A stretch of 64,000 nucleotides of DNA. Source: Macrostomum hystrix (lineage: Eukaryota > Animalia > Platyhelminthes). This document shows positions 59,317-64,000 of the stretch, in pieces. Numbering within the stretch: the stretch's first letter is position 1; each line of letters begins with the position of its first letter. Position numbers and translations under genes: made by a program. The notes below the pieces were generated by a model. It made no database searches and was not told where the DNA came from. It saw only the letters and a program-made list of their open reading frames with translations. Location: the NCBI GenBank assembly GCA_950097015.1, contig CATNEN010000039.1, positions 930,001-994,000 of the forward strand. Direction: 5' to 3'.

Positions 59317-61158
59317 TCAGACCACAATGTAGTTCGCATCATAGGCGCCCCGGGTTGGCTTCGGGGTCTTCACGGGCTGCAGCTCTAGTGATTCAGCCGG
59401 CGTGGATGCGCTCGAGGCCGCTGCTGAATGACTCGCAGGTTGGCTTCGGTTCGGCGGCGGAAGCACCAGCTGTGCATAGACCACGCCGTTACCAGCTTCG
59501 GCTGTCGAGTTTCCACTAGGAACGGTATCCCTGCAGGTCGTCAGCCCCGTTGATGAAGATCCCGGTGACGGTTTGAGCAGCTCCTTGATCGTGTCGGGCG
59601 ATGGCTGGCTCAGCAGCCGAGTGTAGCTGTCGCGCTGTGGCGAGTCACTCGACGCAGCCTTCGTGTACTCACCGCTAGTAACCCGAGCAGCTTCTAGGAT
59701 CGGCGGCATAAGAGGATGTTGACGAAGGTACTCAACATTGACAAACTCCTCCTCCTCATCGTCCTCCGCTCCCTCCGCAGCCCTCCTCTTCGGCCCATCG
59801 CCATCATCTCCTTCTTCGTCATCGTCCTCCAGCGAAACCTCAGTAAGCCGGTGCAGCACTCGGTTGTTCGAGCCAGCCGACTCAGCCAGCAGCTGATGTT
59901 GGCTCTGTTGACTCTGTGAAAGCCTCGGTGGCGGTGGCGGCGGAGACGACTCTTCACTGTCATTTCCCGCTTCTTTGTGCTCGGAATCAGCAGACTTTGA
60001 TGCTTCCGGAGTCGGTGTGATCACTACTGTGGTGGGGTACGAGTAGTAGGCCGCGGCTGCATCGCCGTCACCGCCATCTGATTCTCGAGCTCGTGCTTGC
60101 GAGCTGTTTTCGCAGCCGCTCGATGCTGACGACTCTTCGTCATCATCGTCGACATTGTCTTCTTCTTCGTTTACCCCCTCTCCATGGCTGGACCTGCAAT
60201 GCCCTGCATTCCCATTGCGACAGACGTCTGCGTCGTGGTGATCGGAACAGCTCAGCTTATACTCATAGTCGTCATCGATGTCTAGGTCTCGTTTCTGAGA
60301 GCATATCTTTGCAAGAGCCACAATGAGAACAAGCGGCACCGCGCCCAGTGCGAACCAGTGCATGTTGCGCAAGATCCAGCCTGTGGCTCTCAGCGAGCTA
60401 CCCGAAATTGTCAGATTCCCGTTGATCCACAGAAAGTCCGAACAACGGCTCGGCTCATGGAACTGATCAAAGCAGTCGTCCTGCATAGAGCAGCTGTTCG
60501 GCCCCATGCATATTGTGGCCTGCCGACGGTCACACCAAGTGTTGCCATAGCGATCGCACAGTTCCTTCTGCATAGTGGCGTTCACTGAGTCGTTGAACTT
60601 CGCGTATGTTGATACCGTAATGTTCAGGTAGTTCTCTTGACCGCTGGATCGCTCATCTTTCCAGTGAAAGCTCACGTAGCGGTATTTCATATAGATTATT
60701 GTCGGATAGCTGTGCGAAGTGGCTGTGAGGTCGAATCTCTGGTCCTTTTCAACCTCATTCGGGACCATGCTGCTGTCTGTGTTAAATATGTGCAGCGTCT
60801 GGCCCGCGAGTAGTTGAGTTACTTTGAGTCGCAGGTACCAAAAGTTAATGCCGCGCCGGTCCTGCGTGAGCTTGCCGAACGGCACCAGAGGCGTCTTGCA
60901 GATCGTTAGCTTCCGAGCCGCTGCGGGAGCCGGAGCTGTCGTCACCTTGACGTTGCCTTCGATGGTTACAAAATCCTGCATCACGAAAGAGTGCTCGCAG
61001 TCGTGCGTCACGCGGTTACTCAGGTAGATCATCGATCGGTGCTGAGTATCGGTTGCTTCAAAGAACTGGCAGCTGACTGGTATCAGCGCTGAAGCTATCG
61101 CCAGAAAGGCCACAGCCAGGTCGAGTGGCACACTGCGGCAACTCTTGCAAAATTGCAT
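59317..61158 (-). CDS. Single-exon type-I membrane receptor-like protein: signal peptide, degenerate CUB-like plus LDLa-like Cys-rich ectodomain, TM, long acidic tail with Tyr motifs
   Basis: 613-aa ORF with a hydrophobic N-terminus, 6-Cys module C..C..C..C..CFDQFHEPSRC, TM WFALGAVPLVLIVALA, VVYAQL and C-terminal NYIVV. Confidence 0.8.
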   Translation of the reverse strand: MQFCKSCRSVPLDLAVAFLAIASALIPVSCQFFEATDTQHRSMIYLSNRVTHDCEHSFVMQDFVTIEGNVKVTTAPAPAAARKLTICKTPLVPFGKLTQDRRGINFWYLRLKVTQLLAGQTLHIFNTDSSMVPNEVEKDQRFDLTATSHSYPTIIYMKYRYVSFHWKDERSSGQENYLNITVSTYAKFNDSVNATMQKELCDRYGNTWCDRRQATICMGPNSCSMQDDCFDQFHEPSRCSDFLWINGNLTISGSSLRATGWILRNMHWFALGAVPLVLIVALAKICSQKRDLDIDDDYEYKLSCSDHHDADVCRNGNAGHCRSSHGEGVNEEEDNVDDDDEESSASSGCENSSQARARESDGGDGDAAAAYYSYPTTVVITPTPEASKSADSEHKEAGNDSEESSPPPPPPRLSQSQQSQHQLLAESAGSNNRVLHRLTEVSLEDDDEEGDDGDGPKRRAAEGAEDDEEEEFVNVEYLRQHPLMPPILEAARVTSGEYTKAASSDSPQRDSYTRLLSQPSPDTIKELLKPSPGSSSTGLTTCRDTVPSGNSTAEAGNGVVYAQLVLPPPNRSQPASHSAAASSASTPAESLELQPVKTPKPTRGAYDANYIVV

Positions 61159-62599
61159 TTTTTAACTGAGAAAGAGTTAATGAGACCTTCTTCACTGAGC
61201 CACGAGAACAAAGCGCATCTGAGGATGGAAAGGTTTATATTTGAAACTGAGATTTGTACGTACGTTGATCTCTTTCCTGCAAATTTTCCGACTGAATTGA
61301 TGAAAAACTGCCTCATATAGTACCTATCTTTAATATGTTAGAACTTGTTTTAAAACGGTTTTAGTTCGTAGGCTAAGGGGTGATTAGAGAGGCTTAGGCG
61401 TGTCGCCCTCTTACCGTTCCGTGTCCCGGACTTGCTGGCTTGCTGGCCCTTGGTCGCGTGAATCGGATTTCGCCGGCCGCAGGGTTCAGCCCCACTTTTG
61501 AACAGTGGCAGTTGGGCCGCCCTGGAATTCTGGCGCACTGAAATCTGTCCCGGTTCAGGAGGAGCCGTTGAGTGTAGCTCTGCTTCTCCTTGCCAGGCGG
61601 TGAGGTGGTGCAAAGAAGGCCGAGTGTCGGGGAGAGATGTGGCCGGGCGATGGCGGAAGGAAAGCGAGGGGCTGAAATGACCGGGAAATGAGTGGCGGGG
61701 AGGATTTCGGGAGCTTGCCGGGGCAGAACAGGGGAAGTGTACACAGCGCTGCGCCCCACAGACTATGCGCTTATAGGCTTGTCGCAGCCAGCCCCGTTCC
61801 CTATCCCTGTCCGCTCCTTTCTTTCTCCCATTCTGTTCCCAAAATTGAGGATGCGGCTTTTGGGAGGGGGCGGTCTCTACGAACACGACGCGTGGCTGGT
61901 CTGCCCGGGCAGTCAGGGCTACGACTGCGCGGTTGCTAAGGGTTGGGGAGGAGACTCCCTAGCCCAGCCACTGGAGCAAAAACTGTTCCGTTTGCCGGAC
62001 TCAGGGCTGACTCTAAGCGCACGATTGTGTATGAAGGCCTGCGCGCAGGCGAATTTGGCATGGCGTGCTGTGACAGCAAGAGAAGTTGCTGAGCAGTGAG
62101 CACCCTCTGAGAGCTACTCTCTGAGCTGCAAGCGGTCGAAGCGAGCCGACCTCCAATCCAGCGTCACTGGGGAAGCGCTCGCGTCCAATCCTATTGAGCC
62201 GCGACTTGAAGCTGTGGCATAGCTGCTGCAGCTCTACTGGATTATATGAAGCTAGCTAGCATATCATAGGCAAGTAGCGCATTAGTATGAGCAGCCAGCT
62301 TAGATGAAAGTAAAGCAATCCAGTATATCATTTTACTCGTTTCGCCTCGCAATACTAATTCAGCACATAGCACTGCTTATAAACTGCTCGTATCTACGAG
62401 TAAATAAATTAACTGAAACACTAATGCAAGCCTTTGAGCAAGAAGCCCACGTGATTACCGAACATCTCAAGATTTTTTGTTTCCACTAATTACAGTTCGT
62501 CGATTAATCGATGCATTCTTAGAACTTTTGATCATCATCGTTTCAACGAGTATTTCTGTTCCCTTATAAAAACAGTTATGCATAGTTTGATGCATGGAT

Positions 62600-62604
62600 T
62601 GATG

Positions 62605-62642
<38 letters not shown>

Positions 62643-62643
62643 G

Positions 62644-62720
<77 letters not shown>

Positions 62721-62810
62721 GATAAATAGATAAATATATAGATATTTATAGATAGATAGATAGATAGATAGATAAATAAATAGATAGATAGATAGATAGA
62801 TAGATAGATG

Positions 62811-62841
<31 letters not shown>

Positions 62842-62863
62842 GATAGATGGATAGATAGATAGA
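62600..62863. repeat. (GATA)n microsatellite
   Basis: Directly visible. Confidence 0.99.
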
Positions 62864-62887
62864 TTTCCGCTTTCAAGAGTCCCGCTG

Positions 62888-63511
62888 TCATTTGGTTTCC
62901 AGTCGAATCAGCGGGACTCCGTTTGCCAAGTTACAAGCAGCGGCCGCTGAAGCGCAGGGGCAGCTGAGGCTTTTCCTCAGTTGTCTCATCCTGTTCGGCA
63001 GCTGCGGAAGCTGCGAAGGGACTCGGTGAGTCACCAGTGCCGGCTGAAGTCGTGCGTTGAATTCATTGCAAACTATGTCATCAGGTTGCTCTTGTGGTTG
63101 AGTCGCCACTGCACTGACCTGCGCTTGAGTCAGCTGCCGATGTTGCTCTTGGGATTGCACCGAGGTTTCAATTGCAATAGTTTCATTGTTCTCAACGGCG
63201 ACAGTAACTGAATCTGTAGCGGCAGCTTCGGAACTGCACATACGGCAGTATCCCGTGTGGCCATCAAGCAGAATGACCAAAACAACAATCACGATGGCTG
63301 ATAGGATGCCGATTTCCACTAGAGCCAGGGGCTTGTCCGCAAATGACTCTGTTGTGGGAGCTGCAGCTGTGACGGCCGTATGCAGGGGGGTTACGCACGG
63401 AGGCCGAGCGTCAGAATCAGTTGACACATTTTCTGGGATTGCTTCGGTATTGCAGTACTGCAAAGAATACTCAGCTAAGAAGATGGCGATGCTCAGGCTC
63501 CAAGGTGGCAT
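62888..63511 (-). CDS. Small orphan single-pass membrane protein (207 aa)
   Basis: Possible signal peptide, short Thr/Pro-rich ectodomain, and TM IGILSAIVIVVLVILL followed by a Cys pair. Confidence 0.55.
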   Translation of the reverse strand: MPPWSLSIAIFLAEYSLQYCNTEAIPENVSTDSDARPPCVTPLHTAVTAAAPTTESFADKPLALVEIGILSAIVIVVLVILLDGHTGYCRMCSSEAAATDSVTVAVENNETIAIETSVQSQEQHRQLTQAQVSAVATQPQEQPDDIVCNEFNARLQPALVTHRVPSQLPQLPNRMRQLRKSLSCPCASAAAACNLANGVPLIRLETK

Positions 63512-63846
63512 GCCGACTGCAGCACTGTAGTTGGCAGATGTGGCAGACGTTCAAACAGTTTCGTATTCCTAAATACTAGCTGCGTTCGGCTCTTTAACGA
63601 GTGTTTTTATAAGCAATTAGAGAAGAAAAATTATACATGCAGTTATAATTGGATTTGCATGCAGCATTTGCTAAAAACAGATTCTGCACAAGCTTCTATT
63701 TGTTTTATATACGATATAAATTGTATGAAAAATATAATATAAATAAGACTTCAAATAGGCAACCGAGCAATCCTAATCGGGCTGAGCACCTATCCAGGAC
63801 GCCTTTACTCCTGAACTAGTTAATTGATCGATGCTTGCTTCTTCAG

Positions 63847-63979
63847 GCAGGGGTGCGTCGACTGAAATTCCAGTAGCACGAGGGCACTCCAAATTTAGCA
63901 AAGTGTTGATTTAGCAAAGCTGCCTTGGAGGACCGCCTGTGCTTCGAGGTGGCAGACACCAGCGGTATTATTATTATTA
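63847..63979 (+). mobile_element. Possible short 3' end of a LINE/SINE
   Basis: Ends in a (TAT)n tail; flanked by cttcag at 63841 and 63980 (possible TSD). Confidence 0.3.
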
Positions 63980-64000
63980 CTTCAGATGTCAATGATACGC

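Noticed and set aside
61350-62100. GC-rich overlapping ORFs
   Set aside because: No recognisable motifs or splice structure; probably UTR/promoter or unclassified repeat.

Overview
Eukaryotic (metazoan) genomic DNA with GT-AG introns and many minisatellites. Composition and gene content are compatible with a free-living flatworm such as Macrostomum (inference only). 1-8 kb: an apparently intact Ty3/Gypsy LTR retrotransposon on the minus strand. It has gag, a -1 slippery site and pol (PR-RT-RH-IN). It also has two unusual features: a 4-unit tandem array of [LTR terminus + tRNA-Leu-type primer-binding site] upstream of gag, and a third ORF downstream of pol with its own CCAAT/TATA promoter. A second, oppositely oriented LTR-like segment with a degenerate PBS-like array follows at 8.1-9.3 kb. 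Host genes reconstructed from splice sites: a TspanC8-type tetraspanin, a GAPR-1/GLIPR2-like CAP protein, a ~3076-aa synaptotagmin-like (Slp/Rab27-effector) gene with a 5.7-kb repetitive exon, an orphan Ser-rich gene, a divergent nAChR alpha subunit, an ITIM-bearing orphan type-I receptor and a small orphan membrane protein. Other mobile DNA: an intact RTE-type LINE, a Tc1/IS630-like deletion derivative, piggyBac and Gypsy relics, hAT MITEs, a tRNA-SINE and palindromic elements.
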